From assembly GCA_051362555.1 (NCBI GenBank), contig CM120641.1, positions 30,882,401 to 30,946,400 on the forward strand: a DNA stretch of 64,000 nucleotides. The letters are read 5' to 3'. Below the pieces are notes generated by a model that saw nothing but the letters and a program-made list of their open reading frames with translations, had not been told where the DNA came from and made no database searches. The stretch's first letter is position 1. Each line of letters opens with the position of its first letter. A program made the translations under genes and the position numbers. Source of the stretch: Lingula anatina. Its lineage: Eukaryota; Animalia; Brachiopoda. This document shows positions 1-11,838 of this stretch, piece by piece.

Positions 1-438
1 CAGTAAATTGATTATTTTGTTTTATGTAAAAAAGGTGTTGAAAATGGAAAGAAAATCATTTCAGTACAGTTATCTCTTTTTTACATTTTGGCATTTTGAA
101 AGTGTGACTCTGAACTTCCATAACCTTGGAGACCTTTCCCTATCACATTTTCTGAATATCCATGATACTTTTATTTTTTTATAAAAAAATTGATGGTCAT
201 TATGCTGTTATGTATTATGTTATATTGCATGAAAGTTGAAGAAAACCCTATTTTGAACACTGCTGCCAGGATTAAGGGAAAACCATGTTACTAATGATAC
301 TCAAACTTACTGAAAAGTTTCATAAGACTGAAGTGCAGCTTGTGTCGGAAAACCAGTGTGATTGTTTTCTGTTTTGGAAGCAATGCAGTTCTATAGAGTG
401 CTATATGGTGCAATAAATGTATATGGATAGCAGGCAGT

Positions 439-524
439 ATGTTAATTCAGGGTTATAAAGTAATTTGCTTAATTAATTTTCATGTTATTTCAGGGTTATA
501 AAGTAATTTGCTTAATTAATTTTC
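439..524. repeat. 43-bp tandem duplication (2 copies)
   Basis: ATGTTA(A/T)TTCAGGGTTATAAAGTAATTTGCTTAATTAATTTTC at 439 and 482. Confidence 0.9.
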
Positions 525-1481
525 AAGTGGCCATTAAATGAGATTACATAAAACACACATTGAGATTTCATTGTAAAGTCCCATAGGTTTAGCTCTCTGA
601 ACTGTGTCACATAATTAGGAATCGATGATTAATATGCAGGTAAATGTTATTTAATATTGAAAATGATTTTACAAAAGAAAAAATTTGTGTAATGCTTACA
701 TTAATGCTAAAGATGAATAACAGTGCATTATTATTCTCAAACTCAATAGGGTTATTCATATCATGTTAGTAATTATACAGCTAGATTACAATTTGAATAG
801 CAGCTTTATTGGAATTTTTTGTTATGTTTTATTTTACATTTTCTTTTAATTATTTTTCAAACACTAGTATCTTCAGGATGTCACTTTCAACTCCCATCCA
901 CCAGAAGTGCTGTGCATTTTCTGTTTTTCCACATTAGCAGTTGTGTTGGTTTTTATGTCTTTAAACATTGTGTAATATTATTTTATGCACTGTCATCATT
1001 TTTCACATATTGGGATTTTCATTATGTGAATTTGAACTCTCACATATGGTCCTGAAACTGTAAACTTATTGACCATGTTATTCTGTTGTACATTTTTTTG
1101 AAATTTTTATCTTTCACTTTCTGGCATTTTCAGTGTGGGACTTATAACTACCAAGGGCATGTAACAGTTCACTTTTATTGATACTTCCTGTTGTGCAATA
1201 TTTTGCAACTTAACTTTGCAGTTAAAGGGATAATAACGGTTCTTTTTGGCAAATAATTAATTCTTTTTCTAAAAAGTTTTTTTTTTGTTATAATCTCTTA
1301 AGAAATTATTACAAAGTATAGCCATCTATGGAGGTCACATGGTCTGATGACAAGTTCAGATATCAGAATAATAGCTATGACTGCCCTTTTTGTGGTAAAA
1401 CAAAATATATATTATATTTCTATGAGTTGTTTACACTGTTTAAACTCAAATTGGATGATTCATATCATGGTAATACAGCTA

Positions 1482-2252
1482 CCCAGCGAACAAATTATGT
1501 TGTTTTAACGTTGAAACAACGTTGAACCATAACGTTGAGAAGACATTGGATAAACGTTGGATTTGAAAGTTGTGTCAACCTCAGATAACAACGTTATCAA
1601 CATCAGAAAACAATGTTATATCAACCCCACCCAGCGGGAAATTTGCCTGGATGTGTTAAGCAGTAGGACATGTTTGATGGCTAAATATATGTAGGGTTTA
1701 AATGTATGGCCTTTAAGTTAAAATTTCCAAGGTTTAGATTACTATATATAAATCTTTTCTTAAATATATATATATATATAACAAGGTCACAGTCACCTCA
1801 ACCTGTCTAACTATAACAGGTTACCAAGAACTGTTAACGCCATCACATTTACAGCAACTTATTCATCCTAGTGTTAGCTGACCTTGCAAGGAATTCAATT
1901 TATTGGAATGTATTTCTGAATAACAAGTTAAGAAAATTCACTAGTTAACTAAAGACACAAAACAACTGTCACTTTTACTTTAAAACCCTTTTGTTATTAT
2001 TTTGATAAATTTAGTTACAGTATTGATAAACAAATTAAGTATCACATTTTCAATAATTAATATTTTAAATTACAATCCATAACTGCAAGGTTGTGTCATT
2101 GACCAAAATACAGCGTTGAGTCAACGTCACATTATGACGGTGTTTCGACGTGGCTGGATCAACGTTGATTTTACTTTGACTTTAGGTAGATCAACAGCAA
2201 TTCAACGTATCAACCTGTTTTCAACATTGATCCAACGCAACTATGCCTGCTG
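1482..2252 (+). mobile_element. Non-autonomous CCCAGC-ended element (CMC/EnSpm-like MITE)
   Basis: Starts CCCAGC and ends GCCTGCTG. Subterminal CAACGTTG palindromic repeats. Near-identical inverted copy at 21248-22033. Confidence 0.7.
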
Positions 2253-2391
2253 CTGAATGGCAGCTTTAGTGGAATATTTTTGTAATTTTTTCTTTTTTAA
2301 ATTTTTCATTTTTCAAACTGGCATTTTCAAGATGTGACTTATCACTCCCATCCACCAGGAGCCCTGTACTGTTACTTTGTTACATTTTCTG

Positions 2392-2489
2392 CCCAGCAGA
2401 CAAATGACATTGATTCACCGTTGAATCAACATTAATTTTGGTGGATCAACGTTGAATCAACGTAGAATCAATGTCATTTGCCTGCTGGA
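2392..2489. mobile_element. ~98-bp CCCAGC MITE, TG TSD
   Basis: CCCAGCAGACAAATGACATTGATTC...GAATCAATGTCATTTGCCTGCTGG(A), with TG on both flanks. Sister copy at 22388-22470. Confidence 0.75.
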
Positions 2490-2639
2490 TGTATTTTTTT
2501 TAACTTATAAGAATGATTCTTAGGATTGACATACAGCCCAAATTAGAAAAACAGCTCTTTTTTTTTGTGAAATTTTCACTTTATCTCATTCTGGCATTTC
2601 CAAAGTATAAACTTTAACTCTTATCAGCCTGAATCCTTA

Positions 2640-2858
2640 GGGACCATTTCCAGACCCTATCACGCTAACTGTGGATCGATCTATCTCCAAGGGAATTCTC
2701 GCTAAACTGCAATCAATGTAAGTGGCTTAGCTGTCTGTCACGCCTACTGAAACTGGCATGCCAGAATCCTAAGCCGCTTAAGCTGAAAGCAATTTAGTGA
2801 GAAACCCCTTGGAGTTGGATTGATCCTGTTAGATTGATCTAGGTATGGGAACTCAGTC
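2640..2858. mobile_element. Degenerate Harbinger/Tourist-like MITE
   Basis: TTA/TAA flanks, weak TIR, and internal GATCGATCTA and CGCTAAA..TTTAGTG motifs shared with 29565-29755. Confidence 0.35.
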
Positions 2859-3002
2859 TAATGCTTGTTACACATTTTACTTTCATCTTAATCCACTGTT
2901 ATGCAGAATTAGAATTTGATGTTGGCTATGCAGTAACAGTAAGCATAATACATCAGTGCATCAGAATTGACAGTATCCTATTTTCTGCATTTTTATTTTC
3001 TG

Positions 3003-5780
3003 GTTATTACTGTGCATGTTTGTGTTGTCACTGTTGGTGTTTGTATATATTGTGAGCACTGTGTATGTCAGTTTTGTCACTCTATTTTTTTGTAGTCATT
3101 TTGATTACTGTGCATTTTAGAGCTGGCACTGTATGTGTTTGTATTTATTGTCAGCAATGTGGATGTCAGATTATTTATTTTTAGTCATTATTTTAACTGT
3201 GCATGTTGGTCTGTTCACTGTCATTATAGTTATGTTTCTGTTTACACTCTGATAACTGTTTCCATTCTGTATTGTCATTGAATGTGTTTGTATATATATA
3301 TTGTGATCACTGTGTATGACTGTGTAATCACCCGATTAATTTGTGTTTATTCTTGTTACTGTGCATGGTTGTGTTGTCACTGTACACGTCAAAATTTATT
3401 CTGACCACTGTTTATGTCAGTTTGTTTATGTTGATGTTTGTATTTATTTTGAGCATAGTGTATGTCAGTTTTTTTACTCTATTTGTTTGTAATCATTACC
3501 ATTACTCTGCATGATGATGTTGTTCACTATATATCTATGTCTGTTGATATGTTGTTTGCTGTGTCTATTCTGTATTGTTACTGAATGTGTTTGTATATAT
3601 TGTGATGACTGTGTATGACTTCGTTTTCACTCTTTTTCCTTGTGTTTATTCTCATCACAGTTAAAGTTACTGTTGTCACTGTACATGTGAATTTTTTTTC
3701 TAATCACTGTTTATGTCTGTTTTGTGACTGCGTTTGTTTATATTTATTTTGATTACTGTGTTTGTTGGTGATGTTACTGTTCATGTTTGTATTTATTGTG
3801 AGTACTCTATTTGTTTGTAGTCATTCTGATTACTGTGCATTTTAGAGCTGGCACTGTTTGTGTTTATATTTATTGTCAACAATGTGGATGTCAGTTTTGT
3901 CAGTTTATTTATTTCTAGTCATTATTTTAACTGTGCATGTTGGTGTTGTCACTGTCATCATAGTTTATGTGTCTGTTTATACTCTGATAACTGTTTCCAT
4001 TCTGTATTGTCATTGAATGTGTTTGTATATATATTGTGATCACTGTGTATGACTGTGTAATCACCCAATTAATTTGTGTTTATTCTTGTTACTATGCATG
4101 GTTGTGTTGTCACTGTACATGCCAAAATTTATTCTGATCACTGTGTATGTCTGTATTTTGACTGTGTTTGTTTGTATTCATTTTGATTATTGTACACGTA
4201 AATATTGTCAATGTACATGGTAATATTTATTTTGACCACTGTTTATGTCAGTTTGTTTATGTTGATGTTTGTATTTATTGTGAGCACTGCATATGTCAGT
4301 TTTTCTACTCTTTTTGTTTGTAATCATTACCATTACTCTGCATAATGGTGTTGTCACTTTATGTCTATGTGTCTGTTTATATTCTGTTTGCTGTGTCCAT
4401 TCTGTATTAATTGTTACAGAATGTGTTTGTATATATTGTGATATTTGTTTTCACTCTTTTTCCTTGTGTTTATTCCCATTATGGTGAAAGTTACTATTGT
4501 CACTGTACACGTCAAAATTTTTGTAATCACTGTGTATGTCAGTATTTTGACTGTGCTTGTTTTTATTTATTTTGATTACTGGGCATGTTTGTGTTGTCAC
4601 TGTTCATGTGTCTGTTTATATTCTGCTTGCTGTGTCTATTCTGTATTGATACTGAATGTGTTAGTATATATTGTGATGACTGTGTACAGGTATGTTTTTT
4701 ACTCTTTTAGTTGTATTCAACATCATTACTGTGCACGTTACTGTTGTCACTGTACATGTGAAATATTTTTCTAATCACTGTGTATGTCTGTTTTGTGACT
4801 GTGTTTGTTTGTATTTATTTTGATTACTGTGTTTGTTGGTATTGTTACTGTTGGTGTTTGTATTTATTGTGAGCACTGTGTATAACTATATGTAATCACC
4901 CAATAAATTTGTGTTTATTCTTGTTACTGTGCATGGTTGTGTTGTCACTGTACATGTCAAAATTTATTCTGATCACTGTGTATGTCTGTATTGTGACTGT
5001 GTTTGTTTGTATCCATTTTGATTATTGTGCACGTTACTATTGTCACTGTTCATGTTAATATTTATTTTGATCACTGTTTATGTCAGTTTGTCACTCTATT
5101 TGTTTGTAATCATTACAATTACTGTGCATGATGGTGCTGTCACTGTATGTCTATCTGTCTGTTAATATTCTGTTTGCTGTGTCTATTCTGTATTGTTACT
5201 GAATGTGTTTGTATATATTGTGATGACTGTGTATGTCAGCTTTGTCACTCTATTTGTTTGTAATTATTACTATTACTGTGCATGATGGTATTGTTACTGT
5301 ATGCCTGTGTGTTTGTTTATCTTATGTTTGCTGGGTCTATTCTGTATTGTTACTGAATGTGTTTGTATAATTTCTTTCTAGTCAATATTTTAACTGTGCA
5401 TGTTGGTGTTGTCACTGTCATCATAGTTTATGAATCTGTTTATACTCTTATAACTGTTTCCATTCTGTATTGTCATTGTATGTGTTTTTATATACATTGT
5501 GATCACTGTGCATGACTGTGTAATCACCCAATTAATTTGTGTTTATTCTTGTTACTGTGCATGGTTCTGTTGTCACTGTATGCCTGTGTGTTTATCTTAT
5601 GTTTGCTGTGTCTATTATGTATTGTTACTGAATGTGTTTGTATATTGTGATGACTGTGTAGGGTTATGTTTTCACTCTTTTTCTTCTTGTTATGATGTAC
5701 TGTAGTCACTGTACATGTTAATTTGATTACTGTGCATGTTTGTGCTGTCACTGTTCGTGTTTATATTTATTATGAGCACT

Positions 5781-5825
<45 letters not shown>

Positions 5826-5978
5826 CAAGCTTGAGTGTGGAACAGAGTGCTCAAAAGTCCGGAGCATTTGTTCACAATTAAAATTAATAAATAAATAAAT
5901 AAACAAAAGACATACAATAACCCCTCGGAGTTGGGGTTATTGCATGTCTTTTGTTTATTTATTTATTTATTTATTTTA

Positions 5979-6022
<44 letters not shown>

Positions 6023-6033
6023 GATGACTGTGT
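3003..6033 (-). repeat. Complex ACAGT-anchored satellite, TG-rich orientation
   Basis: Continuous shuffled modules such as TGTTGTCACTGT, GTATTTATTGTGAGCACTGTG and TTACTGAATGTGTTTG. Interrupted at 5784-6018 by (TA)n and a hairpin element. Confidence 0.9.
5784..6018. repeat. (TA)n - ~110-bp hairpin - (TA)n insertion
   Basis: (TA)n at 5784-5824 and 5983-6018. Arm ACAATTAAAAT..AACAAAAGACATACAATAACCCC (5874-5924) pairs with GGGGTTATTGCATGTCTTTTGTT..TTAATTGT (5933-5983). Related sequence at ~21690-21760. Confidence 0.85.
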
Positions 6034-7873
6034 ACAGTGACAACAGTAACGTGCACCGTAATGATGTTGAACACAAATAAAAAAAGTAAAAAACATAGCT
6101 GTACAAAATAGACACAGCAATACAAAATAGACCCAGCAAACAGAATATAAACAGACACATAGATATAACATCATCAAGCAGAGTAATAGTAATGATTACA
6201 AACAGCAGAGTGACCAAACTAACAGACACAGTGCTCATAATAAATACAAACACGAACAGTGACAACACAAACATGCACAGTAATCAAATTAAATACAGAC
6301 AAATGCAGTCAAAATACAGACATATACAATGATAAGAAAATTTTTTGATATGTACAGTGACATCAGTAACGTACATGGTAAAAAGAAAGAAGACAAGGAA
6401 AAAGATTGAAAAAAGCAGTACACAGTCATCACAATATATATACAAACACATTTAGTAACAATACAGAATAGACAGAGCAAACATAAGATAAACAAACACA
6501 CAGGCATACAGTGACAACACCATCATGCACAGTAATAGTAATGATTACAAATAAAGTGACAAACTCACATACACAGTGATCAAAATAAATATCAACATGT
6601 ACAGTGATAATTGTAGCATGCACCACAATGAGAAGGAACACATGGAAAAAGAGTGAAAACAGTGATTAGAAAAAAATATCACATGTACAGTGACAATTAA
6701 CAGAGTAATAGTAATGATTACAAACAAATAGAGTGACAAAGCTGACATACACAGTGCTCACAGTACATAGAAACATGAACAGTGACAACACAAACATGCA
6801 CAGTAATCAAAATAAATAAAAACAAGCACAGTCAAAATACATACATACACAGTGATTAGATAAAATTTGACGTGTACAGTGACAACAGTTACGTTCACCA
6901 TAATGAGAATGAACACAAGGAAAAAGAGTGAAAATGAGGTCATACACAGTCATCACAATACATACAAACACATTCAGTAACAATACAGAATAGACACAGC
7001 AAACAGAATATAAACAGACACACAGAGATACACAAGATAAACAAACACACAGGGATACAGTGACAACACAATCATGCAGAGTAATAGTTATGATTACAAA
7101 CAAAGTGACAAACTCACATACACAGTGATCAAAATAAATATTAACATGTACAGTGATAATTTTAGCATGCACTGCAATGAGAATGAACAAAAGGAAAAAG
7201 AGTGAAAACAGTGATTAGAAAAAAAATATCATAAGTACAATGACAACAGTGACATGCACCGTAATGATAATGAACACAAGTAAAAAGAATAAAAAACAGC
7301 CGTACACAGTCATCACAATATATATAAACACATTCAGTAACAATACATATAAGACACAGCAGACTGAATACAAACAGGCACATAGAGATACATAAGATAA
7401 ACAAACAAACAGGGATACAGTGACAACACAATTATACAGAGTAATAGTAATGATTACAAACAAATAGAGTGAGAAAACTGACATACACAGTGCTCACAAT
7501 AAATACAAACACAAATAAAAACTCAAAAACATGTACAGTGACAACAGCAAAGTGCAGTATAATAAGAATAAAGACAAGGAAAAAGATTAAAAAGATAAAC
7601 CTACACAGTCATCTTAATATTTAAAAACACATTTCCTAACAATACAGAAGAGACACAGCAAACAGAATATAAACAGACACATAGACATACAGTGACAACA
7701 CCTTAATGCAGAGTAAAAATAATGAATAAAAACAAATAGAGTGACAAAACTGACGTATGTTATGCTCACAATAAATACAAACACAAACAGTAACAACAAC
7801 AACAAACAGTAATCAAAATAGAGTGAAAATGACGTCGTACACAGTCATCTCAATATGTTCAAACAATTCAGTA
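6034..7873 (+). repeat. Complex satellite, CA-rich orientation
   Basis: Same modules as 3003-6033 but reverse-complemented (ACAGTGACAAC, ACAGTAATCAAAATAAATAC, TCAGTAACAATACAGAATAGAC). Confidence 0.9.
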
Positions 7874-7876
7874 ATT

Positions 7877-9348
7877 CAGGGAGGTTCAGTTTTTCCCATA
7901 TGCTGAAAACAGCTGGAAGAGTGAACTCTCTATAATTGCCATGCCATCCTAGCTTGCATCTACTAGTTGATTAGTATTATAGTTAACAGTTTTAAGCAAT
8001 TTCCTTCCGGTTTATAGTTATCAATGACTAGAATAAAACGTGAACGAAGAAACAGAGTCGGGGATAAGCTACATAGGTATGTTCTTATACAACTGATCTC
8101 CTTATATTCCTGATTTCAACAAATGTAGAGATGAACCCGCAAAGCTTGCTGAGAAGTATTATGAGAAAAGCATGACTGGGTCTTAAAAATAGAGTCAAAA
8201 TTCTCATACAACATGAAAAAGGCAGGTACACAAGTCGGATTTTTGCAACACTCCTGTCACAACACGTTGAAATGACTAATAATCGTGTAAGCAAAAACTG
8301 GGAATGGAGCCTGTTTGGCCCCTAAAACTGTGTATGTCAGATTCTTATACGGCTGTTCCAATGACCTCTGCAGTATGCACAGATCAAAAATGGACCCGCA
8401 AGGCTTGCTGGCCCACTGTTTGTTATATTTAAAAGTAATCTGAAAATGAACCACTAAATCTTCGTGTGACAATGTCACATACTCTTATAAAGGTGACCCA
8501 ATATCATCTGAACTCAGGAGAATGTAATATGGAACGACGAGACTTGATATGTGGCCGGTGGTTGGCATATTGTAAGAAGTCTACGGCTACAAGTGAAAAA
8601 TCAAAACTCTTAACACCATATGTCGATAATAATGTTTGATCAACCCGCAAGACTTGCTGGGCTGATGACTGTCCAGTACAGAGGTAGCCTTTAAAGGACC
8701 TGTAAAGTCATGCGCAATGACAACCCGCATACAATTTCTTCTCCTTTTCCTCTGGACTAGGAAGATCGTGTGGATGTGGCAATGCTTGCTGGACCACAGA
8801 TTGACATAAGCAACAGCCATCCTTCTGTCGAAGATGTAGAAGTTTAACTTAACTTGTAAAAGGCAAGACTCCAACCATTCATTGCTCTGGACGAATACGT
8901 CCGAAGATTTCACTGTGGCATTACTGGTAGGCGACTGTGTACTGGCACATTCGCTGGGCAGTGGTGCTCTTGACAGGTATACAACACTGAAAAATCAAAG
9001 TAAAAACGCACGCAGTATGATGGTCAAATATAATGCAAGCAAAGTTCGGTCTGCAGAGGAGACAAATCTGCTATGAAGGAGGAGACGGGGAAGGCGGAGG
9101 GTGAAATTTTTTGAACTGAAGATTTCAGTTGAAGATTTGAGATAACTTGTAGCTTAATTGTATCATGCGTGGGAACAGAATGAATCAAGCAAAATGAGGC
9201 CAGGCAGTGATGCCCCATGGTATAAGTAGCAACATGTGCCTCAATGGAGATTACCCCTCTAGGGCACAATTGAGCATGTGCAGAATGCACATGTGCGCAA
9301 TTAAGCTCTGGAGATTGTTGTTGCCATAAAATGTCATTTGACTACGCC
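7877..9348 (-). other. Non-satellite insert with degenerate coding-like sequence (unclassified)
   Basis: Begins CAGGG at the satellite junction and has higher GC. A four-fold repeated motif reads QQALRVH-like on the minus strand. 9224-9348 is similar to 17983-18100. Confidence 0.35.
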
Positions 9349-9349
9349 T

Positions 9350-9448
9350 AGATCAACGTTGATTTAACTTTGAATTAAGGTAGATCAACGGCAATTCAAC
9401 GTATCAACCTGTTTTCAACGTTGATCCAACGCAACTATGCCTGCTGGG
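9350..9448 (+). mobile_element. Terminal fragment of the CCCAGC MITE family
   Basis: Matches 2157-2252 and ends GCCTGCTGGG. Confidence 0.75.
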
Positions 9449-11838
9449 AACATCATCATGCAGAGTAATAGTAATGATTATAAACAAATAGAGTGACAAA
9501 AATAACAGACACAGTGCTAATAATAAATACCTTGTACAAACACGAACAGTGACAAGACAAACATGCACAGTAATCAAATTAAATACAAACAAACACAGTC
9601 AAAATACAGACATACACAGTGATCAGAAAAATTTTTGACATGTACAGTGACAACAGTAACGTACATCGTATAAAGAAAGAAGACAAGGAAAAAGATTGAA
9701 AACATAGCAGTACACAGTCATCACAATATATACAAACATATTCAGTAACAATACAGAAAAGACACAGCAAACAGAATATAAACAGACACATAGAGATACA
9801 TAAAATAAACAAACACACAGGGATATAGTGATAACACAATCATGCAGAGTAATAGTCATCACAATAAATAAAAACACATTCAGTAACAATACAGAATAAA
9901 CATAGCAAACAGAATATAAACAGACACATAGACATACAGTGACAACACCGTCATGCAGAGTAATAGTAATGATTACAAACAAATAGAGTGACAAAACTAA
10001 CATACGTAATGATCACAATAAATACAAACACAAACAGTAACAACACCAACAAAATTTTGACGTGTACAGTGACAACAGTACATCACCGTAATGAGAATGA
10101 ACACAAAAAGAGTGAAAACATATCATACATAGTCATCTCAATATATAAAAACACATTCAGCAACAATACAGAATAGACACAGCAAACAGAATATAAACAG
10201 ACACAAAGAGATATATAAGACAAACAATCACACAGGGATACAGTGACAACACAATCATGAGTAATAGTGACAACACAATCATGAGTAATAGTAAAGATTA
10301 CAAACAAAGAGAGTGACAAAACTGACGCAGTGCTCACCATAAATACAAACACAAACAGTGACAACACTTTCATGCACAGCAATGAAAATAAATACAAACA
10401 GACTGACAAAACTGAGTGCTCACAATAAATACAAACACCAACAGTAACGACACAAATATACATGGTGATCACAATAAATACAAATGGAAACAGTGACAAC
10501 AGAAATATGTACAGTAATAAAAATAAATACAAACAAATAGCAACTAATTAACATTATTTAATGCTATATAATATCTAACACCATTCTTTAATAGAGGGAC
10601 CTTTCAATAAAAGCGGCCGCTACCGGCCAAATTTCGAACACTATATATCTGTGTTTGACATTTACTTATCCTTTGGCTTGGGTTAATGTTTAAGTTAAGT
10701 TTATTTCACTGTAACATATGCATCCACTTGTGTGGATGAAAATGACAATATGAATACAATTTTTGTGAATATGCTATTAATGAGGAGACATAAATATACA
10801 CGGTGATCACAATAAATACAAATGGAAACAGTGACACCAGAAATATGTACAGTTATAAAAATAAATACAAACAAACAGCAGAATAAACAGAATTACACAG
10901 TGATCACAATTATGTGCAGACACAAACAGTAACAACACAAACACACACAATAATCGGAAAAATTTTTGATATGTACAGTGACAACAGTAATGTGCAGCAT
11001 AAGAATGAAGACAAGGAAAAAGAGTGAAAACATAACCCTACACAGTCATCACAATATATAAACACATTCAGTAACAATACAGAATAGACACAGCAAACAT
11101 AAGATAAACAAACACACAGTGACAACACCATCATGCACAGTAATAGTAATGATTACAAACAAATAGAGTGACAAACTGACATAAACAGTGATCATAATAA
11201 ATATTAACATGTACATGCAGTGACAATAGAAATGTGTACAATTATCAAACAAACAGTCACAATACAGACATACACAGTGATCAAAATAAATTTTGACATG
11301 TACAGTGACAACACAACCATATGCATGCACAGTAACAAGAGTGAACATAAATTAATCGGGGGATTACACAGTCATACAGATCACAATATATATACAAACA
11401 CATTCAATGACAATACAGAATGGAAACAGGTATCAGAGTATAAACAGACATGTACATAAACTATGATGACAGTGACAACACCAACATGCACAGTTAAAAT
11501 AATGACTAGAAAAAAATAAACTGACAAAACTGACATCCACATTGCTGACAATAAATACAAACACAAACAGTGCCAGCACTAAAATGCACAGTAATCAAAA
11601 TGACTACAAACAAATAGAGTGACAAAACTGGCATACACAGTGCTCACAATAAATACAAACATCAACAGTAACGACACAAACATACACTGTGATCACAAAA
11701 AATACAAACCCAAACACTGACAAAACAAACATGCACAGTAATGATTATGGTTATTAACAAACAGAAGGACAAACAGACTTAAACAGTGATCACACAAACA
11801 GTAACAACACAAACATACACAGTGATCAAAATAAATAA
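9449..11838 (+). repeat. Complex satellite block, with a 245-bp foreign insert at 10543-10786
   Basis: Same ACAGT modules as the other blocks. Confidence 0.9.

Larger units (their letters stand above)
1..3002 (-). repeat. Degenerate remnants of a HINE/Helentron-like repeat family, related to the element at 55282-56790
   Basis: Recurrent GGCATTTT..AAAGTGTGACT-type blocks (~90, ~1120, ~2320, ~2590). 2940-3000 is reverse-complement-similar to 55320-55385. Further remnants lie at ~15870-16030, 26230-26320, 29893-29985 and 30560-30780. Confidence 0.55.

Noticed and set aside
6034-7873. CRISPR-like repeat/spacer periodicity
   Set aside because: The anchor is only ~5 bp, the intervening segments are themselves recurrent rather than unique spacers, there are no cas genes, and the context is eukaryotic.
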